Translations under genes and position numbers: made by a program
Part shown: positions 18,448-28,088 of the stretch, piece after piece
How the letters are laid out: each line of letters begins with the position of its first letter
Numbering within the stretch: the stretch's first letter is position 1
Source: Bacillota bacterium
GTDB taxonomy: Bacteria; Bacillota; Sulfobacillia; UBA8153
Reading direction: 5' to 3'
DNA length: 64,000 nt
Assembly (NCBI GenBank): GCA_040756655.1
Contig: JBFLYN010000005.1
Span: 4,563-68,562, forward strand
Notes under the pieces: model-generated
Told to the model about the DNA's origin: nothing
Databases searched by the model: none
The model's input: the letters and a program-made list of their open reading frames with translations, nothing else

Positions 18448-19872
18448 CTACCCTCTCTCCTCTCCTTCTTCTTTCCCCAGGATCTGGCCGGGGAATACTG
18501 CGTGTCCTCGCAGGTACGCGCCGCCGTCCATGACCCGCCCACCCGCTGGCTGCACCTGGACCAGTTGCAGGCAGCCATCACCTGTGGCCACTACCGGCCC
18601 GCCATCTGCCAGCGTCACCACCTGGCCCGGCCGGGCAGCACCCGTCCCCGGGTAGAGCTCAGCCTCCCAGACTTTCAGCCGCCGGCCGCGGTCAAAGGTA
18701 TAGGCGCCGGGCCGCGGGTTCAGCGCCCGCACCTGGTTTCTCAGGGCCAGGGCCGGCCGGTTCCAGTCCATGATCTCATCCTCCGGGCCCAGCGGCGGTG
18801 CGTAGGTGGCGGCGGTTTCATCCTGGGGTACACGGGGAGCCTCCCCTTTAGCCACCAGTTCCAGGGTCTTCACCAAGAGCCCGGCGCTGACCACCGAAAG
18901 GCGGCGATGCAGGGTACCCGCGGTGGCATCCGGGGGGATGTCCACGGCTTCTTGCAGGATGATGTCCCCCGCATCCAACCTTCGCGTCATGTACATGGTG
19001 GTGACGCCGGTCCGGGTCTCCCCGGCCATGATGGCGCGCTGGATGGGGGCTGCCCCCCGGTACTTGGGCAACAAGGACGCATGAGCGTTGATGGCCCCCA
19101 GGCGCGGCACTTTGAGCATGGCCTCCGGGAGGATCTGGCCGTAGGCCACCACTACCAGCACATCGGGGGCCAGTTCCTCCAGGGACTCCACCAGCCCGGG
19201 AGATCGGCAAGATTCCGGTTGCCAGGTGTCCAGGCCCAGCTCGGCGGCGGCAAGCTTCACAGGCGGCGGCACCACCCCGGATGTGCGCCCGGACAGCCGG
19301 TCGGGCTGGGTGATCACCGCGAGTACGTGGTAGTGCCGTTCCAGGGCACGCAGTGCCGGCACGGCAAAATCCGGGGTGCCCAGGAACACTACTTTCAAGC
19401 CTGCAGACGCTGGCACTTCGGTGATCGACCGGGCCCGGTCCAGGAAGATGATGCCATCAAGGTGGTCCAGTTCATGCTGGAGCGCCCGGGCCAGCAAGTC
19501 TGCGCCCTCCACCCAAACCGGGCGGCCGTGGCGGTCCAGGGCACCTACGGTCACCCTGGCAGCCCGGGCCACCTCACCCACCAGGCCTGGCACGCTGAGG
19601 CAGCCTTCCACCGCCACTTCTTCGCCACTTCGGGCCACGATTTCAGGGTTGATGAGTTCGATGGGACCTTCGCCCACATCGATGACCACTACCCGCCGGG
19701 CCACCCCCACCTGGGTAGCGGCCAGTCCCACGCCGCTGGCTGCCTTCATGGTCTCCAGCATGTCATCAAGGAGCGTCAGCACTGAACGGGTGATGACCCG
19801 CACCGGACGGGCCTGGGTGCGTAGGGATGGATGGTCATACTTCAGGATTTCGAGTACGGCCAATGCTCTCAC
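18448..19872 (-). CDS. def-fmt: peptide deformylase (Def) and methionyl-tRNA formyltransferase (Fmt) encoded as one uninterrupted 474-aa ORF
   Basis: Residues 1-155 are Def (GVGLAATQVG, EGCLSVPG, QHELDHLDG). Residues from about 159 onward are Fmt (LKVVFLGTPDFAVPALRAL...HASLLPKYRGAAPIQRAI). There is no stop codon between the two; an internal TTG (LKVVF) or GTG could serve as a separate fmt start. Confidence 0.85.
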   Translation of the reverse strand: MRALAVLEILKYDHPSLRTQARPVRVITRSVLTLLDDMLETMKAASGVGLAATQVGVARRVVVIDVGEGPIELINPEIVARSGEEVAVEGCLSVPGLVGEVARAARVTVGALDRHGRPVWVEGADLLARALQHELDHLDGIIFLDRARSITEVPASAGLKVVFLGTPDFAVPALRALERHYHVLAVITQPDRLSGRTSGVVPPPVKLAAAELGLDTWQPESCRSPGLVESLEELAPDVLVVVAYGQILPEAMLKVPRLGAINAHASLLPKYRGAAPIQRAIMAGETRTGVTTMYMTRRLDAGDIILQEAVDIPPDATAGTLHRRLSVVSAGLLVKTLELVAKGEAPRVPQDETAATYAPPLGPEDEIMDWNRPALALRNQVRALNPRPGAYTFDRGRRLKVWEAELYPGTGAARPGQVVTLADGGPVVATGDGCLQLVQVQPAGGRVMDGGAYLRGHAVFPGQILGKEEGEERG

Positions 19873-19878
19873 CTACCG

Positions 19879-22266
19879 TCACATCATGAACACCGGGTCT
19901 GGGTCCACGGCCAGGCGTACCTTCTGCCCCTCGTGGGCCTCCTGGACCCGCAGTGCCAGTTCCAAAAGGGCGTCACGGTCACGGCCGGCCAGCAAGACCT
20001 GCCACCGGTAAGAGCCATGCAGCCTTGAGAGCGGCGCAGGCGCCGGGCCCAGCACCCTGACGCCCGGAACCGGCTCTCCCGCTGCCGCCCGGTGCGCCGC
20101 CCGGGCAACGGCCTCCTCGTCCGGCGAGGAGAATACCAAGTGTACCAGGTGGGTAAAGGGCGGAAAGCCCGCCTGCTCCCGCCAGGCCAGTTCCTGCCGG
20201 TAGAACCCCCCATAGTCGTGGGATGCTGCGGCCTGGATGGCATAGTGGTCGGGATGGTACGTTTGCACCAAGACCCGGCCCGGCCCTCCCCGCCCCGAAC
20301 GGCCGGCTACCTGGGTCAAGAGCTGGAAGGTCCGCTCGGCGCTGCGGAAGTCCGGGAAGTTGAGGCCCGTATCGGCAGTCACCACGCCCACCAGTTCCAC
20401 ACCGGGTATGTCCAGGCCCTTGGCGATCATCTGGGTGCCCACCAGCACTGCCCCGGGCGTGGACCTGAACTCTTCGAGGATTCGCTGGTGGGCACCCCGC
20501 CGCGCAGTGGTGTCCGAGTCCATCCGTAAGACCCGGGTGTTGGGCAGGCTTCTCTGGACCTCGGATTCCACCCGCTCGGTTCCGGCACCAAATCCCCGTA
20601 TGTAGCGGCTTTGGCAGACCGGGCAAGTGTCTGGCGTGTGCTGTTTGAAATCACAGTAGTGGCATCTAAGTTCCCGGCCCTGCCGGTGCAGGGTCAGGGA
20701 CACATCACACTGCGGGCACTGGATGACCAGTCCGCACTCGCGACAGAGCACAAAAGAGGCAAACCCTCGACGGTTCAAAAACAGCATGGCCCGGGCACCC
20801 TTCTGTACGACTTGTTCCAGGGCTTCCCCCAGTTCCCGGCTGAACATGCTCCGGTTGCCCGCTTTCATCTCGGCGCGCATGTCCACCACGGTAACAGGCG
20901 GCAGCTCCGCGCCGTCCACCCGGTGAGAGAGCGTCAATAGCTGGTATTCCCCGGAGGCGGCCCGGGTATATGACTCCAAAGAAGGGGTTGCCGACCCCAG
21001 CACTACCGTGGCCCGGTGCTGGAAGGCCCGCATGATGGCCACTTCCCGCGCATGGTAGCGGGGCGATTCTTCCTGCTTGTAACTGTATTCGTGTTCCTCA
21101 TCCACGATGATGGCGCCCAGGTGCCGGGCGGGCGCAAACACCGCGGAACGCGCGCCCACGATGACCCGGGCCCGGCCACCTTGCACCCGCTGCCACTCAT
21201 CGTACCTCTCACCCGTGGAAAGTGCGCTGTGCAACACGGCCACCTGGTCGCCAAACCGCTCCTGGAACCTGCCCAGGGTCTGCGGCGTAAGGGATATCTC
21301 GGGTACCAGCACGATGGCCTGGCGGCCTTCCTCCAGCACCTCTCCGATGAACCGCAGGTATACCTCGGTCTTGCCGCTGCCGGTTACCCCGTGCAAAAGG
21401 CACACCCCGGGTTTACGACGGTGGAGATCAATGATTGATTGTAACACAAATGCCTGTTCGGCGGTAGGCACAAAGGACACTACCGGGTCCTTCATGCCGG
21501 GAGCCGGCCGGCGAGGGAGCTCTGACTCCACCAGCCGCACCAGACCTTGCCCGGAGAGCCGGTCCAGGACCGGACGGGAGGTACCCTGGGCTGGCACCTT
21601 CCCGCCGGCTTCCACCAGGCGGCGCAGGAGCTCGGCCCGGCGGGGTGCCCGCTTGGCTTCACCCTCTGCTGCCTGGAGGGCCTGGTGGTCTGGAACCGCC
21701 AGCTCCGCGAAAACCTGCCGGCGAGAGCGGGCCCCCGGGGAAAAGGTAGTGTGGCGTTGCACCAGCTCCAGCGCCATGAGCCGGGCGAGCTCCGCCCGTC
21801 CTGCCCCGGTACTCTGCTCCAGTTCTGGTTGGGTCATGGCCCCGTGTTCGGCCAAGACCTCCAGGACACGGGCGCCAGCAGACGACAAGCCCCTGGGCTC
21901 CACCTCGGGCCTGCCCGGTGCGAGGGCGTACACGGTGCGGCCGCGATAGCGGATGACGGCCGGGAGCATGGTCCAAAGTACACTGGCCAGCGGGGCGGCG
22001 TAGTACCGCGACACCTCCCGGGCAAGACCGAGGAGCCCCTCTTCGTAGACGGGCTCCTCATCCAGCACGCTTTTTATGTCCCGGACTCCGGTCACCGGGC
22101 ACTGGTGGTCCAGGGCCACGATGACCCCGGTCACTTCCCTTGGACCCAGCGGCACTGTGACTCGCATGCCCGGGCGCGCCCTTTCTTCCAGCCTTGGGGG
22201 AATTCGGTAATGAAAGCCGGCCGAACGCAGCCCGCGAACGTCCACGGCCACCACCGCAAAAGCCAT
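19879..22266 (-). CDS. priA: primosomal protein N' (PriA helicase)
   Basis: 795-aa ORF with a 3'-DNA-binding N-terminus, a Walker A motif (GVTGSGKTEVY), a DEEH box and Cys-rich zinc-binding motifs (CRECG...CPQCD...CHYC...CPVC). Confidence 0.95.
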   Translation of the reverse strand: MAFAVVAVDVRGLRSAGFHYRIPPRLEERARPGMRVTVPLGPREVTGVIVALDHQCPVTGVRDIKSVLDEEPVYEEGLLGLAREVSRYYAAPLASVLWTMLPAVIRYRGRTVYALAPGRPEVEPRGLSSAGARVLEVLAEHGAMTQPELEQSTGAGRAELARLMALELVQRHTTFSPGARSRRQVFAELAVPDHQALQAAEGEAKRAPRRAELLRRLVEAGGKVPAQGTSRPVLDRLSGQGLVRLVESELPRRPAPGMKDPVVSFVPTAEQAFVLQSIIDLHRRKPGVCLLHGVTGSGKTEVYLRFIGEVLEEGRQAIVLVPEISLTPQTLGRFQERFGDQVAVLHSALSTGERYDEWQRVQGGRARVIVGARSAVFAPARHLGAIIVDEEHEYSYKQEESPRYHAREVAIMRAFQHRATVVLGSATPSLESYTRAASGEYQLLTLSHRVDGAELPPVTVVDMRAEMKAGNRSMFSRELGEALEQVVQKGARAMLFLNRRGFASFVLCRECGLVIQCPQCDVSLTLHRQGRELRCHYCDFKQHTPDTCPVCQSRYIRGFGAGTERVESEVQRSLPNTRVLRMDSDTTARRGAHQRILEEFRSTPGAVLVGTQMIAKGLDIPGVELVGVVTADTGLNFPDFRSAERTFQLLTQVAGRSGRGGPGRVLVQTYHPDHYAIQAAASHDYGGFYRQELAWREQAGFPPFTHLVHLVFSSPDEEAVARAAHRAAAGEPVPGVRVLGPAPAPLSRLHGSYRWQVLLAGRDRDALLELALRVQEAHEGQKVRLAVDPDPVFMM

Positions 22267-23466
22267 CTATCTCCCCTCACTCCAGAGGACCTTGACCCGG
22301 TCGAGGATCACGTGGGCCAGTTTCGTCTTGGGCATCAGGGGGATCTCTTCGGTAGCCCCGGCACTTACCAGGGTGACCTGGTTGTCATCACTGCCAAACC
22401 CGATTCCGGCCCGGGATACGTCATTGGCAAAGACCAAGTCCACGCCTTTTTTCTCCAGCTTGGCCCGGGCCGCCGCCACCACCTCGGTAGTCTCCGCCGC
22501 GAAGGCTACCAGCACCGGCCGGGGCGAAAGACCCGCCAGCTCCTTGATGATGTCCGGGTTCTCCGTCAGCTCCAGGGTGCAGGGGCCGGCCTGTCTTTTG
22601 ATTTTTTCCGCCCGGCGCTCCTTGGGCGCAAAATCCGCCACCGCGGCGGCCATGATCACCGCATCGCTGCCCGGGGCCGTATCCAGCATGGCCTGCCGGA
22701 GTTCAGAAGCAGTCTCAACGTGGATGGTCTTTACGCCCAGCGGCGGCCTAAGGCTAACCGGGCCGGTCACCAGGACCACCCGGGCCCCCCGGTCACGGGC
22801 CGCGGCAGCCAGGGCATAGCCCATTTTGCCCGACGACCGGTTGGAGAGGTACCGTACCGGGTCCAGGGGCTCCACCGTGGGACCTGCACTCACCACCACC
22901 GTGCGGCCCACCAAGTCATGGGGATAGGCGATCAGGGCAATGACCTGCTCCACCACCTTTTCGGGACCGGGGAAGCGGCCCTGCCCGTAGGCGCCCGAAG
23001 CCAGCCGTCCATACTCAGGCTCCATAAAATGGTACCCGATGCCCTGAAGGCGGCTGATGTTTTGCCTGACTATGGGATGAGCATACATGTTGTGGTTCAT
23101 GGCCGGGACCACCAGCACCGGAGCCCGGGTGGCCAGCAGGGTGGTGGAGATGAAATCGTCGGCAACGCCCGAGGCCAGCTTGCCGATAATGTTGGCGGTG
23201 GCCGGAGCGATCACAAAGAGGTCGGCACGCTCGGCCAGTGCGATGTGCTCCACGTTCCAGTGCTTGGGCTCGGCAAACATGTCCAGGATCACCGGGTTGT
23301 GAGCCAGGGTGCGGAAAGTCAGCGGTGTGACGAACTCGGTGGCAGACCGGGTCATGGCCACGTGGACAGTCGCCCCCAGCTGCACCAGCTTGCTGGTCAC
23401 GTCCACTGCCTTGTAGGCGGCAATTCCCCCGGTCACGCACAGGCCAATCGTCTTTCCATGCAACAC
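22267..23466 (-). CDS. coaBC: bifunctional phosphopantothenoylcysteine decarboxylase / phosphopantothenate-cysteine ligase CoaBC
   Basis: The GTG at 23466 follows a GGAGGTGG RBS. The protein begins VLHGKTIGLCVTGGIAAYKA (flavoprotein domain) and continues into a CoaB domain. Confidence 0.9.
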   Translation of the reverse strand: MLHGKTIGLCVTGGIAAYKAVDVTSKLVQLGATVHVAMTRSATEFVTPLTFRTLAHNPVILDMFAEPKHWNVEHIALAERADLFVIAPATANIIGKLASGVADDFISTTLLATRAPVLVVPAMNHNMYAHPIVRQNISRLQGIGYHFMEPEYGRLASGAYGQGRFPGPEKVVEQVIALIAYPHDLVGRTVVVSAGPTVEPLDPVRYLSNRSSGKMGYALAAAARDRGARVVLVTGPVSLRPPLGVKTIHVETASELRQAMLDTAPGSDAVIMAAAVADFAPKERRAEKIKRQAGPCTLELTENPDIIKELAGLSPRPVLVAFAAETTEVVAAARAKLEKKGVDLVFANDVSRAGIGFGSDDNQVTLVSAGATEEIPLMPKTKLAHVILDRVKVLWSEGR

Positions 23467-23544
23467 CAGATACCACCTCCCTGAGGAAAATCGAGGCACA
23501 GAGACTTGTTCAATCCCCGTGCCTTTGTCAAACACCGTCTCCGT

Positions 23545-23748
23545 CTACCGATACCTCGGGCGTGCGTCGGTCACGACCACGCTCCCGTCTGCGATCTCGT
23601 TGAGCGCCAGCGTTACGGGTTTGTTGGACCCCGGGCCTCCCGCCTCGCGGCCCTCCTCCAAGAGCTGCCTGGCTCTTTTGGCTACCGCCACAACCAGTGG
23701 GTACCTGGAGTGCTGACGGACTAGCTTGTCCAAGGATGAAAACTGCAT
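23545..23748 (-). CDS. rpoZ: DNA-directed RNA polymerase subunit omega
   Basis: The ATG at 23748 gives [33 protein letters not shown].... The start shares one nucleotide with the gmk TGA stop (TGATG). Confidence 0.85.
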   Translation of the reverse strand: MQFSSLDKLVRQHSRYPLVVAVAKRARQLLEEGREAGGPGSNKPVTLALNEIADGSVVVTDARPRYR

Positions 23749-24401
23749 CACTTTACGCCAACCTCCCCGGTGTCCAGGTACGCCCCCAACAGGTCCCTTT
23801 GGCGGAAAACCCTGGCCCGCTCCGCCCATACTATGGCACGCAGTTCGGCAGCCGCTCGGTCTAATTGGTCGTTGACGATTATGTAATCGTAACGGCCGGC
23901 ATACTCCACTTCCGCCTTTACTCTCGACAGGCGGAGGCAGATGTCTTGCTGGCTCTCGGTGCCCCGGTCCAGGATGCGGCGCTTTAGTTCGTCCAGGGAC
24001 GGTGGTAGCACGAAGACAAACACTCCGTCGGGATAGCGCTTGCGCAAGGCCACAGCTCCCTGCACATCCTTTTCCAAAAGGACATCGGTGCCGGCGGCCA
24101 TGAGCTCTTCCAGCGGCCTCTCAGGGGTTCCGTAACGGTGACCGAAGACCAGCGCCCATTCCACGAGCTCATCCCGCTCTACCAGGAGATCAAATTCCTG
24201 GCGCGTCACGAACGTGTAATCCACACCGTTGGACTCACCAGCCCGGGGCGGGCGAGTGGTGACCGAAGGGCAAAACCGGATCCCGGCTTCACACTTGAGT
24301 AGCGCCTGGCGCAGGGTCCTCTTGCCGGCCCCCGAGGGGGCAGAGAGCACCACCAGCAGTCCCCGGCGCTTAGGGCCGGCCGCTTTACAGGAAGCACTCA
24401 C
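23748..24401 (-). CDS. gmk: guanylate kinase
   Basis: The motifs [23 protein letters not shown] and [14 protein letters not shown] are present. The GTG start overlaps the remA stop in a GTGA arrangement. Confidence 0.9.
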   Translation of the reverse strand: MSASCKAAGPKRRGLLVVLSAPSGAGKRTLRQALLKCEAGIRFCPSVTTRPPRAGESNGVDYTFVTRQEFDLLVERDELVEWALVFGHRYGTPERPLEELMAAGTDVLLEKDVQGAVALRKRYPDGVFVFVLPPSLDELKRRILDRGTESQQDICLRLSRVKAEVEYAGRYDYIIVNDQLDRAAAELRAIVWAERARVFRQRDLLGAYLDTGEVGVK

Positions 24402-24667
24402 TCTTGCGCAGGCTCCTCGCCACTTTCCTTGGATACCAGGCGGTTGGCAACCGTCTCAGGCTGGACCGCCGACAGGACTACATGATCTGAGTCAGTGATG
24501 ATCACTGCCCGCGTCCGGCGCCCGTAGGTAGCATCGATCAACATCCCGCGATCCCGGGCTTCGGTTATTATCCGCTTTATTGGTGCTGATTCCGGGCTGA
24601 CTATGGCTACGATGCGGTTGGCTGACACGATGTTACCGAAGCCAATGTTGATCAGCTTGATGTCCAT
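24398..24667 (-). CDS. remA: RemA/YlzA (DUF370) extracellular matrix and biofilm regulatory protein
   Basis: [34 protein letters not shown] is almost identical to B. subtilis RemA over this segment. A GGAGGG RBS is present. Confidence 0.9.
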   Translation of the reverse strand: MDIKLINIGFGNIVSANRIVAIVSPESAPIKRIITEARDRGMLIDATYGRRTRAVIITDSDHVVLSAVQPETVANRLVSKESGEEPAQE

Positions 24668-24678
24668 CGCCTACCCTC

Positions 24679-24993
24679 CTATCGTCTACCTCCAAGCCGT
24701 GCCACCAGGGCTTCTTTCTGTCTTTTCCCGAGTCCCTGCACCCGCCTCTTTTCATCTATGCCGATCTCTTCCATGATTCGCTGGGCCTTTACCTTGCCCA
24801 CGCGGGGCAGCGAGCGCAGAAGATAAGCCACGCGCATACGTGCGGTGACTTCGTCTTCAGCAGCCAGCACCTGGCTGAAATCCAGGTCGCCCTTTTTCAG
24901 TTGCTCCCGCAATTGGCTGCGGGCACGGCGCATCTGCTGTGCCTTGGCCAGAGCATCCTTCTTCTCTTCTTGAGACAGATTCGGCAGCGCCAC
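24679..24993 (-). CDS. actinobacterial-type integration host factor (mIHF)-like DNA-binding protein
   Basis: The GTG at 24993 with a GGAGG RBS gives MALPNLSQEEKKDALAKAQQMRRARSQLREQLKKGDLDFSQVLAAED...LLRSLPRVGKVKAQRIMEEIGI...RRVQGLGKRQKEAL. The conserved ALPxL...RRAR...LKxG...QVL...LPxVGKVKAQ...GLGxRQ motifs match my recollection of mycobacterial mIHF. The track ORF extends 18 nt further 5' to the GTG at 25011. Confidence 0.7.
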   Translation of the reverse strand: MALPNLSQEEKKDALAKAQQMRRARSQLREQLKKGDLDFSQVLAAEDEVTARMRVAYLLRSLPRVGKVKAQRIMEEIGIDEKRRVQGLGKRQKEALVARLGGRR

Positions 24994-25007
24994 ATTCTCC
25001 CTCCTTT

Positions 25008-25883
25008 TCACTCGATATTCTGCACCTGCTCTCGGATCTTCTCCACTTCGCTCTTGAGAGCAACTACCAGACGTGATAGCCCCACGTCGGCAGACTTGGA
25101 TGCGATGGTGTTAATCTCCCGGTGCAGCTCCTGGGTGAGGAACTCCAGCCGCCGTCCTACGGGTTCGGGACTCTCCAGTGCCGACCGGCACTGCTCCAGG
25201 TGACTATCCATGCGCACCAGTTCCTCGGCGATGTTGGACCGCTCCGCCAAGAGCGCCACCTCCATGGCCAGCCTCTGCTCATCCAAGGCAGCACCGTCCA
25301 GTAGCTGGGCCAACCTGCTCTCGAGTTTCCGCCGGTACGCTTCCACCACTGACCCGGACCGGTCGACGGTATCCTGGAGCAACCCGGCTATGTTCTCAAC
25401 ACGCTGTGCTAGCTCCCGGTGCAGAGCTGCACCTTCGCGCTCCCGCATGGCGGACAGGGCATCCAGTGCTTGGTGCACTGCACTGGAAAGACCTGGCCAC
25501 ACTCTCTCTAGGTCCACTTCCAGTTCAGAAAGGCTGACCAGCTCGGGCAAGGCCAACAGGTCGCCCAGGCTGATCGGGTCCTCCAGGTCCAGGAGTTCCC
25601 TGATCTCCCTCAAAACACCATGATAGGCCATGGCCAGCTGCCTGTCAACCTTTACCTGGCGCCCGCCGGTTTCCAGGTCCAAGTTCAGGAAGACTTCCAC
25701 CCGGCCGCGGTTGATCCGGTCCTTTACCGCCGCCCGCACCCGCTCCTCCAGGGGCGACAGGGCCCGGGGAAGCCTGATGACCACTTCCCCGTAACGATGG
25801 TTCACTGAGCGCATCTCCGCCGTGACCCGCCCGCCGGGTATGGACGCTTCGCCGCGGCCGTACCCGGTCATGGAACGTATCAT
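25008..25883 (-). CDS. yicC: YicC/YloC family stress-induced protein (DUF1732)
   Basis: From the ATG at 25883 the protein reads MIRSMTGYGRGEASIPGGRVTAEMRSVNHRYGEVVIRLPR..., the canonical YicC N-terminus. The stop overlaps the region of the mIHF start. Confidence 0.85.
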   Translation of the reverse strand: MIRSMTGYGRGEASIPGGRVTAEMRSVNHRYGEVVIRLPRALSPLEERVRAAVKDRINRGRVEVFLNLDLETGGRQVKVDRQLAMAYHGVLREIRELLDLEDPISLGDLLALPELVSLSELEVDLERVWPGLSSAVHQALDALSAMREREGAALHRELAQRVENIAGLLQDTVDRSGSVVEAYRRKLESRLAQLLDGAALDEQRLAMEVALLAERSNIAEELVRMDSHLEQCRSALESPEPVGRRLEFLTQELHREINTIASKSADVGLSRLVVALKSEVEKIREQVQNIE

Positions 25884-25996
25884 CGCTCCAGCCCCACTTG
25901 GTGAATTTGGGGAAACGCACAACCTGCTAATTCTCGGTCGAACTCAAAAATCCTCTTGGCCGCACCTAGTTTTGCCAGCATAAGAACGGCTATTCA

Positions 25997-27967
25997 TCAA
26001 ACCCCTGCTTTGAGCCGCATTTCCTCGTGTTTCCTTATGTACCGCATGGTCGTACCCACCAGGGCCGCGTGGGACCAGGTCAGGGGGCTTACCGACAGGG
26101 GCGCGCCGGTGAACGGATCTAGCTGTTCGGACAGGATGCCGCTGCCGGTGGCGTGCCGGGCGGCCCACTGGAGCAGTCGGGCGGGGAACTGGAGGTCCTC
26201 CTTCTTGGAGGCGCGGATGATGTGCCAGTCGGCCAGCCAGAGGGTGCAGACAATCCAGGGGTTGCCGGGGACCTGCTCCAGGTCGTCGCTCCGGCGGAAG
26301 TAGTAGTCGCCGGTGTAGCGGGCCAGCCCTCCCACGGACGTGTTGACCCAGAGACCGCTTTCCACGGCGCGGGCAGTCCCCGCCACCCTGGGGTCGCCGG
26401 GAGGAAGGAATCCCATCAAGGCCACGCCCAGGGTGCTGCTTTCCAGGGTAAGGTCATACTCCCAGCCATTAGCTTCCACCGGGTACAGGCCCCGCACAAA
26501 CCGGCCCAGGTCGGGCCTGTACAGGTGCTCCAGCACGGCCTGCCGGACTTCGGCGGCTGCCTGGGCGTAGGCCAGGTGGGCCCGGTCCCTGAGCAGGGCC
26601 CCGAAGGCGGCGGCCGTCTCCAGGGCCCGGCATACCGCCACGGCGGTAAAGGTGAAGACCCCCCGGCGTTCCTCCCAGAGATCATAGGACGGGAGCGGGA
26701 GATGGCTGGCGTCCCGGTACGCGACCATGAACTCGGCGGCGGGCTTGACCAGCGTCGGGTAGAGGGAGGCTACATATTCCAGGTCCCGCTCCTTTTGGTG
26801 ATAATCCCCCAGGGCCAGGATGACCAGGGCCGTCTCGTCTTCCTGGATGGGCAGCTGGCGGCGCCCCCGGAGGATCCACGGGTGCCAGCTGGAGCCCATG
26901 GACGCATCCGGGTTGTACTTGTGCCAGAAGTACCCTCCCCGGGTGATGGCTCGCCGGCAGAAGCCAAAGAAATCCCGTGCCACGTGCGGGTAACCCGCCA
27001 GATCCATGGCCTGCGCCACCAGGGCGCCGTCCCGGGGCCAGATGTAGCTATAGTGGTCGCGGTTGGTTTGGAGGATATCGGTGTCGTTGGCCGCCAGGAT
27101 GCCGCCGGCCCAGTCCACCTGGGTCCGGATCACCAGCAGGCTGCGCCTGAAGGCCGCCACCACCTCCGAGGGCAGCCCGGCGTAGTCCCGTCCGCTTGGG
27201 TCCACCCAGTGTCGCCAGTAACCGTCGGTCTCGTCCATGAGCACGGCCGGGTCCCTCTCCACCACCAGGTGATGGAGCTGGGTGATTTCCTCAAAGCCGT
27301 CCCCCACCGTTAGCCAGCAGTAGGCGGTAACGGACTGGCCGCCGGGGACTTCCGCTCGAAAAGAGGCCACGCTGTCCACAGCACCCTGGGCAATGGGATT
27401 GCCCTCCAGGATGCCATCTTCCGCGTCCCGCCAGGTGCCCTCGGCCCCGAAAAACCGTTTGCGACCGGTGGAATACTGGAACAGGCCCCGGTTTTCCATG
27501 CGTCCGCTGAACAAAAAACAACGCTTGCGCTTGAAATGGATGAGGGCGTCATGCTCGGGGTCGTAGAAGGCCGTGTCCCCCACGTCGGTCTCGTCGATGT
27601 GAAAATCGCTGGGGAGAAATAGCCTGATCTCGCGGTTATCCAAGGCCAGGTTGGTCACGGTGAACTTCCTGAGAAGGACGTTTTCCTGGTAATGAACGGC
27701 ATCGTTGATGGTAACTTGCACACGCAGGTCACGGTGGCGTGCCTCGCAGTGGGTCACCAGGGAATCCTCGCTGTAACCCAGTGCGCGTTCCCAGCCGTCG
27801 GAGTTCAACCAGTCGAAGCTCCCGTCCACCCAGATTCCGGCCACATTGCGGTCACCTTCGATGTGGTTAACCATGCCGACGTGGGGAAAATACAGTTCTC
27901 GCATGACCAAACGCTCGTCGAAGTTTACAAGAAGCCTGCCGTTGCCGACCACCAGCGCGCGTGCCAT
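25997..27967 (-). CDS. glycoside hydrolase family 15 (glucoamylase/glucodextranase/trehalase-like)
   Basis: The 656-aa protein shows GH15 (alpha/alpha)6-barrel features (...NDTDILQTNRDHYSYIWPRDGALVAQAM..., WEERRGVFTFTAVAV). Confidence 0.75.
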   Translation of the reverse strand: MARALVVGNGRLLVNFDERLVMRELYFPHVGMVNHIEGDRNVAGIWVDGSFDWLNSDGWERALGYSEDSLVTHCEARHRDLRVQVTINDAVHYQENVLLRKFTVTNLALDNREIRLFLPSDFHIDETDVGDTAFYDPEHDALIHFKRKRCFLFSGRMENRGLFQYSTGRKRFFGAEGTWRDAEDGILEGNPIAQGAVDSVASFRAEVPGGQSVTAYCWLTVGDGFEEITQLHHLVVERDPAVLMDETDGYWRHWVDPSGRDYAGLPSEVVAAFRRSLLVIRTQVDWAGGILAANDTDILQTNRDHYSYIWPRDGALVAQAMDLAGYPHVARDFFGFCRRAITRGGYFWHKYNPDASMGSSWHPWILRGRRQLPIQEDETALVILALGDYHQKERDLEYVASLYPTLVKPAAEFMVAYRDASHLPLPSYDLWEERRGVFTFTAVAVCRALETAAAFGALLRDRAHLAYAQAAAEVRQAVLEHLYRPDLGRFVRGLYPVEANGWEYDLTLESSTLGVALMGFLPPGDPRVAGTARAVESGLWVNTSVGGLARYTGDYYFRRSDDLEQVPGNPWIVCTLWLADWHIIRASKKEDLQFPARLLQWAARHATGSGILSEQLDPFTGAPLSVSPLTWSHAALVGTTMRYIRKHEEMRLKAGV

Positions 27968-28088
27968 TGCCTTCCCCCCCGTATAAAAGAAAGGGCTTTT
28001 ACGGATAGTAAGATAGCCTTGAATTTCGGTGGATTCCTACGTCTACCTGGCATTACAGTCAAAAGGTTACACCGTTGGAGCTGTTGTT

